Positions 9,803 to 20,953 are shown, counted from the stretch's first letter. The stretch: DNA of 47,861 nucleotides from Candidatus Bathyarchaeota archaeon (GCA_963833125.1 CAWHWX010000015.1:1-47861); one strand, 5' to 3'. Notes: generated from the sequence alone by a model not told the origin. Made by a program: numbers and translations.

Positions 9803-11697
9803 TTGCATATTGTCGTCTGCGTCAAACATGTCCCTGATGCTTCCGACATCCGTTTCGACCCCATTACTCTCAATCTAATCCGCGAAGGCGTTCCGTCGAT
9901 TGTCAACCCCTTCTGCCTAAACGCCATCGAAGAAGCTGTCAAGTTGAAAGAGCAACTAGGGGCAACGATCACAGCCGTCGCCATGGGCCCTCTCCAAGCA
10001 CAAGAGGGCCTTCGAGAAGCACTCGCCATGGGTGTAGACAAGGCGATTATGATTTCTGACAGAGAGATGGCGGGGGCAGATACACTAGCCACATCATACA
10101 CGCTATGGAGAAGCATAGCGACAATCGCCAAAGAGAACCCATTCGACCTGATCCTAACAGGAAAAGTCGCGATCGACGGCGAAACCGGCCAGGTCCCACC
10201 CGGCTTGGCTGTCAGGTTCGACATACCCATAATCTCCAACGTAACGAAAATTGAAAAAATTGATCCACAATCCAAAACAGTAGTTGTGAAGCACCGGTTC
10301 GACGACGGCATCGAGACCGTCCAAGCGAAACTTCCCGCTGTCCTCACTATAACCGAAGAAGCGAACAAACCAAGAAAGTTCACGATAGAGGGCATGCTCA
10401 AGGCGGAGAGAACACAAATTGAAATTTGGAACAAAGACAAAATCCAAGCCGACCCAAACCTTCTCGGCCTAAAGGGCTCTCCAACAATCGTGAAGAAAGT
10501 CTTCCCACCTCCCGGCAGGAAGCAGGGAGAGATGTTTGATGGAACAAACGACCCGCAAGGTGCAGCGAAATGGCTTACTCAGAAATTAATCGGAGTCCAC
10601 ATCCTAGGAAAAGGCCGACAAGATTCCGCTGCGCCAGTACCGCAGGCATCGAACGGCAACAATGTTACTCCCCGAGCGGCTGGTAACGGCAAGTATGGTG
10701 AAGTATGGATCTTCGTAGAGCATTTCCACGGTAAGTCAATTCAAGTTCCTTGGGAACTCTTAGGGGAGGGAAGGCGTCTAGCAAATATCTACGGCACCAA
10801 ATTGGGCGCTTTGGTGATCGGAAATAAGGTTGACCATTTAGCCAAGGAGGCTTTCGTTCATGGTGCGGATAAGGTCTACCTGGTTGAGGATGAGAGGCTT
10901 GAGGATTACCGCACGCAACCCTACGCAATAGCAATGGAGGAGGTGGTTAGGAAGTTCAAGCCCGAAGCTCTTCTGGTGGGGGGTACGGTAAGGGGACGCG
11001 ACCTCGCAGGATCCGCCGCTACCTTTCTCGAAACTGGCCTAATCGCCGATTGTACCGCCTTGGACGTTGACCTTGAAACTGGGACGTTCTTGGGTACAAG
11101 GCCGGACTATGGGGGCAACCTCATGTCGACAATAATTTGTCCCAAACAACGGCCCACTATGGCGAGCGTACGGCCTCGGGTTATGAAGAGCCTACCCGTT
11201 GACGAGGGACGGGACGGCGAAATAGTGAGGTTGAGCCCGAATCTGAAACCTGAGGACTTGAATACTGAGGTGACTGAATTCGTCCCAATCGAACGGTTCG
11301 GAGTCCGCATTGAAGACGCACAGATCATCGTTTCTGGCGGAAGGGGTTTGGGTTCCGCGAAAAACCTTTCCTTAGTCGAAGAACTCGCGAACATTCTCCA
11401 TGCTCAGGTCGGCGCGTCTAGGGCTGCGGTACGTGCGGGTTGGATTGGGCCTGATCACCAGGTGGGACAAACTGGATTCACCGTCAGACCACGCCTATAC
11501 ATTGCGGTTGGAATTTCGGGGGCAATTCAACATATCGTCGGAATCATGAACGCTGACTACATCGTCGCGATCAACCGTGATCCTGAAGCCGCAATCTTCA
11601 AGATGGCAAACTTCGGGGTCGTCGGTGACCTATTCAAGATCGTTCCGCGCTAATTGATGAACTGAAGAAAGCTGGCTTGGCTGAGTCGGCACCATGA
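9803..11697 (+). CDS. fixAB: Fused electron transfer flavoprotein beta+alpha subunits (FixA-FixB fusion)
   Basis: Beta part: IVVCVKHVPD, GADTLATS, DGETGQV, GSPTIV. Alpha part: GGRG.G, GASRAAV, QVGQTG.TV.P.LYIA.GISGAIQH. A terminal indel restores IVPALIDELKKAGLAESAP*, which overlaps the fixC ATG. Confidence 0.9.
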
Positions 11698-12974
11698 CCG
11701 AAAAGTTCGACTCAATAGTAGTCGGGGCCGGACCAGCTGGAATAGCCGCCGCCTACACCATGGCGAAGGGCGGGCTAAATGTCCTCGTTCTTGAGAAGGG
11801 TGAGAAACCCGGCGCTAAGAACATGTTCGGTGGCGTTATCTTCAGACACCACACCGAGAAATTAGCACGTGAATTTTGGAAGACAGCCCCGATCGAAAGG
11901 CACGTCGTCGAATACCAATACTGGTTTCTCTCCAAAGACTCCCACATCCTCGTAAGCCATAGAAACCAGAAATTCAACGGCCAATACAACGCATTTACGG
12001 TTCACCGCACAAAATTCGACCCTTGGTTCGCAAAACTCGCAGAAGACGCAGGCGCCGTGCTCATCAACAGAACCACTGTAGACGACGTCTTGAAGGAGGA
12101 TGGAAGAATCGTCGGGGTCGAAACCGAACGAGGAAACGTTATGGCGGATGTTGTAATCGCCGCGGACGGCGTCAACTCGATGCTTGCAAAACAAGCAGGC
12201 ATTAGAGAAGAAACGCCTGAGAACGCAGTCGTGCTTGCGGTAAAGGAAGTGATCGCTCTTCCTAAACAGAAAATTGAGGAACGCTTCAACCTCGGCCCCG
12301 ACGAGGGCATTGCCGCTTTGCTCGTTGGGTGTGGACCGGGGATGCATGCTGGCTTCATGTACACAAACCGAGACACCATCTCCCTGGGAATCGGCATAAG
12401 CATGCTAGACCTAGACAAGAGTAAGCAACGGCCTAACGACCTGTTCGAACAATTCAAGCACCACCCCTCGATAGCCCCGTTGGTGAAGGATGGGGAACTC
12501 AAGGAGTATTCGGCTCACCTAATCCCCGAGGGTGGGTACGACTATGTCTCCAAGGTTTGTACGGACGGGATGCTGGTAGCTGGGGACGCTGCGATGTTGG
12601 TCAACGCCATAAACTGGGAAGGGACTAACCTTGCGATGACCTCGGGAATCTTGGCTGGCGAAACGGTGATCGAAGCCAAGAAAAGAAATGACTTTTCCAC
12701 AAAAACTCTGTTCAAATATCGCCAGCGATTAGAAGACAGCTTCGTGCTGAGAGATCTGAAGAAATATCGGGATGTTCCAAAGTTCTTCTCTTCGAACCCA
12801 CACTTCTTCACAATGTATCCAGATATGTTGAACGAACTAGCTTACACGTGGCACATCGTTGACGACGAGTTGAAAGAGGACAGGATCAAGCGGATGAAAG
12901 CCATGCTCTTCAAGCGAAGATCGAAGCTTGGCCTTCTTCAAGACGCTTACCACTTGTGGAGGCTCTTCTCATGA
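11694..12974 (+). CDS. fixC: ETF:quinone oxidoreductase flavoprotein FixC
   Basis: VVGAGPAG, GAKNMFGG, IAADGVNS, EYSAHLIPEGG, GDAA, EGTNLAM.SG motifs. Lies between fixAB and fixX. Confidence 0.92.
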   Translation: MTEKFDSIVVGAGPAGIAAAYTMAKGGLNVLVLEKGEKPGAKNMFGGVIFRHHTEKLAREFWKTAPIERHVVEYQYWFLSKDSHILVSHRNQKFNGQYNAFTVHRTKFDPWFAKLAEDAGAVLINRTTVDDVLKEDGRIVGVETERGNVMADVVIAADGVNSMLAKQAGIREETPENAVVLAVKEVIALPKQKIEERFNLGPDEGIAALLVGCGPGMHAGFMYTNRDTISLGIGISMLDLDKSKQRPNDLFEQFKHHPSIAPLVKDGELKEYSAHLIPEGGYDYVSKVCTDGMLVAGDAAMLVNAINWEGTNLAMTSGILAGETVIEAKKRNDFSTKTLFKYRQRLEDSFVLRDLKKYRDVPKFFSSNPHFFTMYPDMLNELAYTWHIVDDELKEDRIKRMKAMLFKRRSKLGLLQDAYHLWRLFS

Positions 12975-13258
12975 GCGCCCAAAAAACAATGACTATCACG
13001 GACAAACTCTATCGGAACAGGTACAAGGTCGACGAAGACTCACACTTGTGGATTAAAGATCCGAAAATGTGCGTAAAATGCCCCTTCGAATTCGCGTGCA
13101 TTCGAGTCTGCCCCACAGACGTCTACAAGTGGGAAGAGAATAAGATCACAATCACTTACGACGCTTGCGTCGAGTGTGGGGCGTGCAGGATTGCGTGTTA
13201 CGATGTGGGTTGGAAGAATCCTAAAGGCGGGTTTGGAATCTCCTACAAGTACGGCTAA
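12971..13258 (+). CDS. fixX: Ferredoxin-like FixX
   Basis: C..C...AC..VCP..VY and CVECGACRI.C...W..P.GGFGI.YKYG. Confidence 0.92.
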   Translation: MSAQKTMTITDKLYRNRYKVDEDSHLWIKDPKMCVKCPFEFACIRVCPTDVYKWEENKITITYDACVECGACRIACYDVGWKNPKGGFGISYKYG

Positions 13259-13263
13259 AAGCG

Positions 13264-14340
13264 CTACAGTCTTGTGGGTTCATATCTTATCCTTAGTCCC
13301 CCGTTCGCACTGCTCCAGTGAAACTCGGGCACGTGTCTTCGGAGTCGTTTGAATCGTTGGCTAAGCCCATGAGCGACGATGGGTAGGGCTATGGTTGCGT
13401 CGGTGAAGCACTGAACCATCCTCGACTGCCGGTTATACTTCCCCCAACTCTGCGCCTCCTCAAAAGTGGAACCGCTCAACCCACCCCATTGGGGAACGTC
13501 GGTGGTGAATTGTATGGCGAAATCGTGCGTATGATCGTGGCGGGTCTGATAGCTCGCAATCACTGCGGTTTGCTGTATGAAGTTCTTAGGAACCCCGCCT
13601 CCAACCACAATCACCGCGGTGTGCCGGGCTTTCTCAGTTATCTTCGAGCTTTCGTCGACATCCCGCATATGATCGACTATGACACGCCGCTTCCTGCGAC
13701 GGTTAGCAAACATTAGGGAAAATCCGAGGCCGCTGTCGCAGAATGCAGGCACGAAGACTGGGACGCCCATTTCATAGGCCGCTACGCAAATTCCATCTCT
13801 ATCTTTCTTCTTCTCGCTGATCCATTTTCCAAATTCATACATTATCTCCCTTGAGGAATATGGTCTGTTGGACTGGAGGCGGTTAGAGAATTCCTTCTCA
13901 ATCATGACGTCCAGATGATAGAATTTATTCTCGTCTGCATACACGTCATAAACGCGGTCTATTCGGTGACGCCGTAACATCACGTTATCAATGACATCGG
14001 TTCCAAGAAAGTGCTTACCTCCGATTGTTTCGTAAGCATCGTGGTAGAGAGTTGCGCCCGTGGTTACAAGAACGTCGACCATCCTTCGCCTAACTAAGTA
14101 TGTGATTATTTCTCGCATGCCGGCTGGAACCATTGCTCCCGCCAAGCCCATCCAGATTACGATCTCACGTTTCTTCAGCATCGCCGTCCAAACATCTGCC
14201 GCCTCGCCAAGCTTCCTCCCTTGAAAGCCAGTAAGCGCCATTTCACTAAGTAATTGACTGATGGTCTTCTCAGGTTGGACTTCAACAGGACGTGTCGGAC
14301 GCCGTAGTACCTGCTCTCTTGTCTGCAATGTCCCCGCCAA
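13264..14340 (-). CDS. dys: Deoxyhypusine synthase
   Basis: GFQGR.L, GAMVPAG, GGGVPKNF, GGLSGSTFEEAQSWGK (catalytic Lys), DATIALP. Confidence 0.92.
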   Translation of the reverse strand: MAGTLQTREQVLRRPTRPVEVQPEKTISQLLSEMALTGFQGRKLGEAADVWTAMLKKREIVIWMGLAGAMVPAGMREIITYLVRRRMVDVLVTTGATLYHDAYETIGGKHFLGTDVIDNVMLRRHRIDRVYDVYADENKFYHLDVMIEKEFSNRLQSNRPYSSREIMYEFGKWISEKKKDRDGICVAAYEMGVPVFVPAFCDSGLGFSLMFANRRRKRRVIVDHMRDVDESSKITEKARHTAVIVVGGGVPKNFIQQTAVIASYQTRHDHTHDFAIQFTTDVPQWGGLSGSTFEEAQSWGKYNRQSRMVQCFTDATIALPIVAHGLSQRFKRLRRHVPEFHWSSANGGLRIRYEPTRL

Positions 14341-14406
14341 ATAGTGTGTTCTCAGCTCAAATAAAACATGCGAAAGGCTGTGTTTTTCAAAGAAAATTGA
14401 GGGTAG

Positions 14407-14613
14407 TTAGGATTTTCCGAGAATTTCTTCAATCAAATTACCTTCAGGCTTGCCCTTGGTTGCTCCGTAATTTTTCCAGTGTTTCTCAAATCGATTAATG
14501 ATGGCCAAGACATCACTTACCGGAACCCAGTTTGAAGTGATCGGATACATTTTTTCAGCGGCAGGGGATTTACCGAGACTCTCAATCTCTTTCTTCAATT
14601 GTTCAACGTTCAT
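14407..14613 (-). CDS. Small hypothetical protein
   Basis: 68-aa ATG ORF filling the gap between tgtA and dys on the same strand. Confidence 0.5.
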   Translation of the reverse strand: MNVEQLKKEIESLGKSPAAEKMYPITSNWVPVSDVLAIINRFEKHWKNYGATKGKPEGNLIEEILGKS

Positions 14614-14687
14614 TATATGAATGCGCCCTAAGCCAAAGTACTGCTATCGAATTAGGATTTAGACTCTTCGAAACGTAATTCACGGTA

Positions 14688-16275
14688 TCATTTCAGCGCT
14701 TTCATAACTATTCTAACCGCTTGAGTATCAAACAAGTCCACTTTCACCACATGAACTTTGACTTTTCCTTTGAATTTTCTCTTGATGGATTTAGCTACCT
14801 GTTCTTGCCAGGATTCATGCACAACGATGATACAGCGTGAGTAGTGGAATCTCTTGAGGTAGTCAGTCATCCCTACGCGTGCATGGTTGATCGCGGCTGG
14901 TGATGCTGTGAGTGCGGTTTCTGTTTGCGATAATGGATATACGTCAAGCAATTCCTGTGGAACGATTGCATAAGTGAGGCCGTACGTACAGGTGTGAATA
15001 TCGGTTCGTCGTTCCAGTCTTTCAATTGGGCCTCCATCCTGTGAGATTTCGCGAAAGGGCCTAAGATGTTCTTCGGGTAGGAGGAGGAGCTTCTTCACAT
15101 TGTGCGGAGGTTGGTATTTTTCGAGCAACCGCTGTTGGTGTCGAATGACCTCGGGTCGGGAGAGTGATTCTTCTGACAAAATGAATGGCCCTTTCCTCTT
15201 TCGAATGGGCGTTTCGAGCTCGAATTTGTCAGAATATGCGAGCATTCGTTGGAACGCTGCCTGGAGGGTTGGGTGATTTCGCGATCTGGTCTCGATGAGT
15301 TCCCACAGCCTTCCATCCAAGATAGATTGTTTGATCGTTTGAAGTTCTTCGTAGCAGGCATACAGGTTGTGGGCTGCAAGGAACCGTTCACGTTCCATGA
15401 GCAATAATCTTCTTACCTTCTCAGGCGTCTTCTTATCGCACGCCGGGCAACTGCATGGGAAATATTCTAGCTCATCGATCTTCGAGGTACCTTGCGAAGT
15501 CATGTACCGGCCGTTTCTTGCAAACAACTGCGTACGAAGCCGAGTCGAATATGTCGCAACCAAGCGCTACCGCGAAAGCAAACATCATCGGATGCCCCGC
15601 CCCAAAGAGATGAAGGGGCTTGTCGGGAGGGAGTTGCAGTTTTGCTGCCATTATCATATCTACAAGCGTTTCGAATCGGTATTGTTGCATGACAGGTGTA
15701 GGGCTTCCGAGGGCGTAAATCGAAAATTTCCGCTTCGCCATTTCTCGGGCGGAATAGGACACTAGGTCGGGGAAGACGCCCCCTTGGACGGGCCCGACCC
15801 AGAGAATGTCCTCCCTGCTAACGAGTTTTAACGATTGATCCGCTCTTCTGAGGGTTTCGTCGACAGTCCATTTTGCTCGTTCTTTCGATCCTTCCTCCCC
15901 TGTTGGTACATCTAGGATTACGGCGATGTCGCTGTTCAGTTGCTCTTGGAACCGAATGATCTCGCTTGGCTGAACCTCCACATCTCCATATTGGAGAATT
16001 TGGTAGGCTCCTGAATCTGTTGCAATGACACCGTTGAACTTTAGCAGTTCATGTATTTTTGGGACTTCCTTGTCTTCGCGATGTTTACGCCATACCAAGT
16101 ATGAGTTCGTGATGATGGCGTTAAAGGAGAATGTGTCACGAATTTGTTGAGGCGGAATCGTCTGTGTGTTAGGGTTGACGACGGGTAACAGTAGAGGAGT
16201 TTCTACCGACCCGCTCTTGGTTCGGAGGTACCCTATCCTTCCTAGAAGGTCTTTGTGACGAACCTCAAACGACAA
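14688..16275 (-). CDS. tgtA: Archaeosine tRNA-guanine(15) transglycosylase (frameshifted near 15530)
   Basis: ETP.LLPV.NP, TDSGAYQ, GPVQGG, HLFGAGHP, GCDIFDSASYA. The second frame has the Zn site CSCPAC...HNL and GRLWEL.E.R...HP. Confidence 0.92.
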
Positions 16276-16330
16276 TTCGCAGTCAAGCTTCGACCAATCG
16301 CGCTCAGAAGCACAGTTCTAAATATCTTCT

Positions 16331-16759
16331 TCAGGGCTGTGCGGCTGCGCGAATGAATTCATCGTAGACTTTCTGAACTCTTTCCGCAGCGGGGCCCGTT
16401 CCTTCCAGCATGCCCTTCTCTGAAACCCGTATCCTGTCCATCACAACGATTACGCCCGCACCTTCACTCACTTTCACCATACGTGGAAAGACCCGTTCAA
16501 GTCTATCCGCTAAGGCTTGGAGGTTGAAGGGTTTCTCGGAACTGGATATTTGCGCAACCCTGCTGCCGCTTATGAAGAGTTTGTGAACAAGGCGTCCGGA
16601 CTCGTCCTTAACTTCTGATAGGCAGACGCTTAGGGAGTGAGAGTCTAAACCGGATAGGACTCCTGTGTAACTCTTCCCGTCAGTGGTCGAGATAGTGATC
16701 ACTTTCTGTAATAGTCCGCTGAGTTCCTCTAGGAATTTACGATCTGGTAGTGAGGACAT
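16331..16759 (-). CDS. Augmented Sm-like archaeal protein (SmAP3-like Lsm RNA-binding protein)
   Basis: N-terminal Sm fold (I.T.DGK.Y.G.L.G.D ... L.I.G..V..I) plus C-terminal domain GVIVVMDRIRVSE.G..EG.GP.AERV..VY. Confidence 0.85.
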   Translation of the reverse strand: MSSLPDRKFLEELSGLLQKVITISTTDGKSYTGVLSGLDSHSLSVCLSEVKDESGRLVHKLFISGSRVAQISSSEKPFNLQALADRLERVFPRMVKVSEGAGVIVVMDRIRVSEKGMLEGTGPAAERVQKVYDEFIRAAAQP

Positions 16760-16810
16760 TTAATTTCGTCCCACCCATGGTTGGTGAGGTTAGTAACATT
16801 ATCGGCTGTT

Positions 16811-17035
16811 TTACGGCTCACTGATTTCTTCTGTTTGATCTTGGGTTTTGGCCTCTTGAAGTACCCGCCTTGCCTCTTTCGGATCTTCAGATCGAGCGAT
16901 AATCTTTGCATCCGCCGCTTTCACACGTTTACCACAGTACGGGCACGTGCGAGTTTCCTTATCTGAAACACCCAGAAGAAAACGACCACAATTCGTGCAA
17001 GCCAATACCAGATACTGTTTCTTAGATCTCTGCAA
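16811..17035 (-). CDS. Zinc-ribbon protein, DUF1922-like
   Basis: YLV.ACTNCG.FL...TCPYCGKR ... EAR..LQ. Confidence 0.75.
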   Translation of the reverse strand: MQRSKKQYLVLACTNCGRFLLGVSDKETRTCPYCGKRVKAADAKIIARSEDPKEARRVLQEAKTQDQTEEISEP

Positions 17036-17040
17036 TCCCG

Positions 17041-17637
17041 TTACTCCAAGTATCTTTCCAAGCCGCGTTCTCGCTTTAGGGTGGTTATCCAATTGATCGT
17101 AACTGCGTCGCTAGCCTGTTGCAGCATAATTTTCTTGGCTAAGGCCACACATTTCTTGACACTACGATTCGAAGTATCTAATTGATAGACCTTCTTCGCC
17201 CCATAATAGCTGAGTGCAACCATGTAACACGCATCAAGTATCTCGGCCAAGACATTCTCGCGCACCTTGTTGGCCGACCAGCCTTTTTTGCGGAGCCTCG
17301 ATTCGAGAACCTTGGGGTGGCACCGTAGCACTATGACTTTTCGAGTACGCTCTCTTGGGATACTATCGGCAACGTGTGTATCAACGATTATCATGTCGCG
17401 TCTTGAGACTAAGTTCCTTAGACTCTTCCTTGTCCTCTCTATGTCTACAATCTTTGAACCTCTTTCCCGATCAATTGCGCTGAAGAGTCCCTTGGCGGTA
17501 ACGAATCGCGTTAGCGATAGGTAGTCCGCATGAATCTCTTTGGCAAGCGCTTTGGAAATCGTCGTCTTCCCTGTTCCAGGAGTTCCAGTGAAGACGATTA
17601 TGTTGCGACGTGTGGAGGACTTGGTTGGAGGTTTCAT
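17041..17637 (-). CDS. Atypical adenylate kinase/ATPase, AK6 (Fap7/hCINAP-like)
   Basis: GTPGTGKTT P-loop, hhhDTH motif, LRC.P..L..RL..KGW...KV.EN..AE. Confidence 0.88.
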   Translation of the reverse strand: MKPPTKSSTRRNIIVFTGTPGTGKTTISKALAKEIHADYLSLTRFVTAKGLFSAIDRERGSKIVDIERTRKSLRNLVSRRDMIIVDTHVADSIPRERTRKVIVLRCHPKVLESRLRKKGWSANKVRENVLAEILDACYMVALSYYGAKKVYQLDTSNRSVKKCVALAKKIMLQQASDAVTINWITTLKRERGLERYLE

Positions 17638-17876
17638 TTCTTGGGCTTTTCCTTCGTTTGGCTTATGTATTCGCGTATTCCTTCTTTGATCAGCTTGTAA
17701 AGTTGTGAATATGGTATGGTTTGTGGATCCTTCGTCTCTTTGCCTTTGACGTAGGTCCGGATGAATTCTTGAAATTTCTTATCGTCGGGATTTATCTTCG
17801 CAGAGTAGAGTTCAAACATTCTGACGACGCGTGCGCTTACTCGATCCAGGTATGGGTCTGACAATGGGACACGCAC
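17634..17876 (-). CDS. Hypothetical protein
   Basis: 80-aa ORF whose stop overlaps the AK6 start (ATGA coupling). Confidence 0.55.
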   Translation of the reverse strand: MRVPLSDPYLDRVSARVVRMFELYSAKINPDDKKFQEFIRTYVKGKETKDPQTIPYSQLYKLIKEGIREYISQTKEKPKK

Positions 17877-17893
17877 GGCGCCGATGTTTTGCG

Positions 17894-18739
17894 TTAGTTG
17901 AAAGCAGCACTAAGTGAATCCTGATCCTCTCTGCTCAGACTCCATCCCGCCGCTCCGGCGTTCTCCCTAACGTGTTCTGGATTTGCGGCCTTGGGTATGG
18001 CAACGACTGAGTCTTTGGCAACTAGCCAGTTCAGTGCAATCTGTGCTCTAGTTTTGGCATATTTCCGAGCGATGTTATCGAGCGTCCGCCACTGCTCGTT
18101 TCGTCCGCCTGAAGCGATGTTTCCCCGCGCAATGGGGCTGTAGGCAATTACGGTAATGTGCTCCTTTGTACAGAATGGAAGCAGGTCTCCTTCAATTGAC
18201 CTCTCGACGAGGCTGTACTCGACTTGGTTGGAGGCTAGGTCTATCTTTGATAGGGCTTCCTGAGCTTCACGGGTCTGTTGCACTGAGAAGTTGCTCACAC
18301 CTACATTCAGCACCTTCCCCTTTGAGACGAGATCCTCCATGGCCTTCATTGTCTCGCCTATTGGGATTCGCGGGTTAGGCCAGTGGATCTGATAGAGATC
18401 GATGTAATTCGTTTTCAAACGCTTGAGGCTCGACTCACAGGCATGCAAAACACCGTCGTGGGATAGGTTCTCGGCTGAAACTTTAGTTGCAATGAAAACT
18501 TTCTCACGTTGCCCCTCTACAGCCTTAGCAACGACTTCTTCCGAATGGCCACGTGCATAGATTTCTGCAGTATCGATGAACCGCATACCCAACTCTAACC
18601 CTAGGCGCAGGGCTTGGACAGCGTCCTCCTCTCCGCCAAGGTGTCTGCTGCTAAATCCGCCGATTCCCCAAGTACCCAAACCGAGCACGGGAATCTCCAC
18701 TTTGCTTCTGCCGAGCTTCTTGAAGTCCATACCCTTCAT
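17894..18739 (-). CDS. Aldo/keto reductase
   Basis: GLGTWG, IDTAEIY, IDLYQIHWP, GVSNF, AYSP, IPKA. Confidence 0.93.
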   Translation of the reverse strand: MKGMDFKKLGRSKVEIPVLGLGTWGIGGFSSRHLGGEEDAVQALRLGLELGMRFIDTAEIYARGHSEEVVAKAVEGQREKVFIATKVSAENLSHDGVLHACESSLKRLKTNYIDLYQIHWPNPRIPIGETMKAMEDLVSKGKVLNVGVSNFSVQQTREAQEALSKIDLASNQVEYSLVERSIEGDLLPFCTKEHITVIAYSPIARGNIASGGRNEQWRTLDNIARKYAKTRAQIALNWLVAKDSVVAIPKAANPEHVRENAGAAGWSLSREDQDSLSAAFN

Positions 18740-18845
18740 CCACCCATTCTCATGGCTCAGTTTAGTAAGTTTTGGCCGACCCTTTCAATCATCTTCTGGG
18801 AAAATTCTCGAAGACCGCTGAGCTCAAGGTGAGCCGCACCCGATT

Positions 18846-19755
18846 TTATTTTCCAGTTCGTACTTTCCTGGTTTCGGCGAGTATTTTTTCGGCGCGTTTG
18901 TTTATCTCGCTTGGGTGAACCGAAATTTGCTGGACCAAAGTCTTCCACTACGAATGATGCTATCGCCGAGCCTACAGCGCAGGACCATAACAGTTCTCCT
19001 GTTCTGATCCATGAAACGAGGAACCCTCCGACTAGCGCGTCGCCGGCACCGGTTGGGTCGCGTATTCGAGTCTTGTAGGCGGGAACTTGGAAAAATCCAT
19101 CTTCCCTAGACCATAGAACTGTTCCTTTGGCTGCTTTTGTTACAAGTATTATTCTTGGGCCAAGTTTCGCAAGATTTCGTTGGTTAATCCGATGCACTCC
19201 CATTGCGCGAAGTTCAGGTTCTGACGCCTTCATGACATCCAGAGTCTTCAGTAGGGAGGCATTGTTCCATTTCCTTTGAGATACGATTCCCGAGCGGTCT
19301 ATGTTGCGTGTATAACCCTGAGCTTCCAAGCTCAGAACCGAGTCTCGCTGGGCTAGGCGTAAGGCGAGGTCTTCCGGGAAATCATCCGAGACAAGACCTA
19401 TGTGAGTAGCCAATGATGCTGGGAAGCCTTCTAGGTCGATGGGACTAAGCGGGTCGCATCTTTGTGCAACCTGCATGGTCCTCCCGGATTTGTGATAGCC
19501 GATCCTGAAACAGGTGGTGGGAGAGGACGATCGTCGAATCTTGTCGGTTGCAATGCCACGCCTTGCGACCCACGCTAACTCTTTTCGTGTGAAGTCTCGG
19601 CCGACCCTGCTCACGACAATAACCGATGCATCAAGAGCTCGTGCGGCGAGGCTGGAATAGATGCATGGTCCACCGAGAGTTGTGGCGTGAGTTCTTCCTC
19701 CCCGAGATATTTGGTCTCGAACGATGTGACCTACTACGGCCAAGTCATATCTCAC
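18846..19755 (-). CDS. PfkB family carbohydrate kinase (indel in last codons)
   Basis: GHI..D, LGG...Y, DPTGAGD anion-hole motif. The true stop is probably TAA at 18846-18848. Confidence 0.85.
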
Positions 19756-19795
19756 AGAGGAATCCTCTGAATAAAATTCACGCCTTGTTCTGAGC

Positions 19796-20845
19796 CTACT
19801 TTCTTTTCCTCATTTCCCTGGCGGCTTTCTCTGTCACGCTTAATGTATAGTCTATGTCGTCATGCTCGATTCCGCGGTGAGTGACCATCCTAACTCGGCC
19901 GGCTTCGAGAGCCCCTGCTTTTACTCCAGACTCATTCAGTTTGGCAATCCACGTCCCTCCGTCAATCCCTAGGCCGGAAACATCGTAGGCGACGATGTTA
20001 GTTTGAACTTGCGTCGGGTCGATGGAAATTCCGTCGATCGACCTTAATCCTTTCGCGAGCATCTGAGCGTTTGCATGGTCATCTTTGAGTCGATCGACCA
20101 TTTTCTCGATTGCAATAATTCCTGCTGCAGCAATTACTCCCGCCTGCCGCATGCCTCCTCCGAGCATCTTCCTGTAACGCCTAGCAGTGTTTACGAAATC
20201 TCGGTCTCCTACCGCGAGGGATCCGATCGGTGCGCTCAAGCATTTGGACAGGCAGAACATCATGCTGTCTACGGACTGAGTCAATTCCTTTACGTCGATA
20301 TTCTGGGCGACGGCAGCGTTGAATATTCTGGCGCCGTCCATGTGAACCTTCAACCCTTTGGCGTGGGCGAAATCGCACACATCCTTGGTTTGAGAAGGTG
20401 TCCATACTGTTCCTCCTGCGCGGTTGTGCGTGTTTTCGATGCATACCAAGGTGGTTTGGGGAAAATGAATGTTCGGTGGCCTTAGGCCGGATTCGATGTC
20501 CTTCGCGGTTAGGATGCCGCGTTGCCCTTTCACTAATCTCGGAATGAGTCCGCCGACAGCTGAGAATGCGCCTACCTCGTAATAGTACATGTGCGCCTCA
20601 GCTTCCAAGATCACTTCCTCGCCTCGCTTTGTTTGACTCAGCGCACTTACGAGATTGGCTTGTGTTCCGCTAGTGGTTAACAGAGCTGCTTCTTTTCCCA
20701 TCTTCGCGGCGGCGAGTTCCTCCAAGCGGTTAACCGTTGGATCCTCGCCGTAAACATCGTCGCCCAGCGGCGCCGTCTTCATCGCTTCGAGCATTTCCGC
20801 GGTGGGAAGAGTTACTGTATCGCTCCTAAGATCGACGATTCGCAA
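19796..20845 (-). CDS. ltaE: Low-specificity L-threonine aldolase
   Basis: DLRSDTVT.P, GDDVYGEDPT, ENTHN, HMDGARIFNA, CLSK.L.AP.GS, GGGMRQAG. Confidence 0.93.
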   Translation of the reverse strand: MRIVDLRSDTVTLPTAEMLEAMKTAPLGDDVYGEDPTVNRLEELAAAKMGKEAALLTTSGTQANLVSALSQTKRGEEVILEAEAHMYYYEVGAFSAVGGLIPRLVKGQRGILTAKDIESGLRPPNIHFPQTTLVCIENTHNRAGGTVWTPSQTKDVCDFAHAKGLKVHMDGARIFNAAVAQNIDVKELTQSVDSMMFCLSKCLSAPIGSLAVGDRDFVNTARRYRKMLGGGMRQAGVIAAAGIIAIEKMVDRLKDDHANAQMLAKGLRSIDGISIDPTQVQTNIVAYDVSGLGIDGGTWIAKLNESGVKAGALEAGRVRMVTHRGIEHDDIDYTLSVTEKAAREMRKRK

Positions 20846-20953
20846 TCAGGGCACCCATCCTGGAGCCAAGATTCAACGGCATATAGGCACTATGGATTGT
20901 GATTTCCGCGAAAGTTCGAGGGACTATTAAATCAAACGACTTCATACTGCTTG

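Noticed and set aside
9736-10440. 234-aa minus-strand ORF
   Set aside because: Antisense shadow of the well-supported fixAB gene.
9803-13258. fixABCX as evidence of nitrogen fixation
   Set aside because: No nif genes are present, and FixABCX homologs are common in non-diazotrophs.
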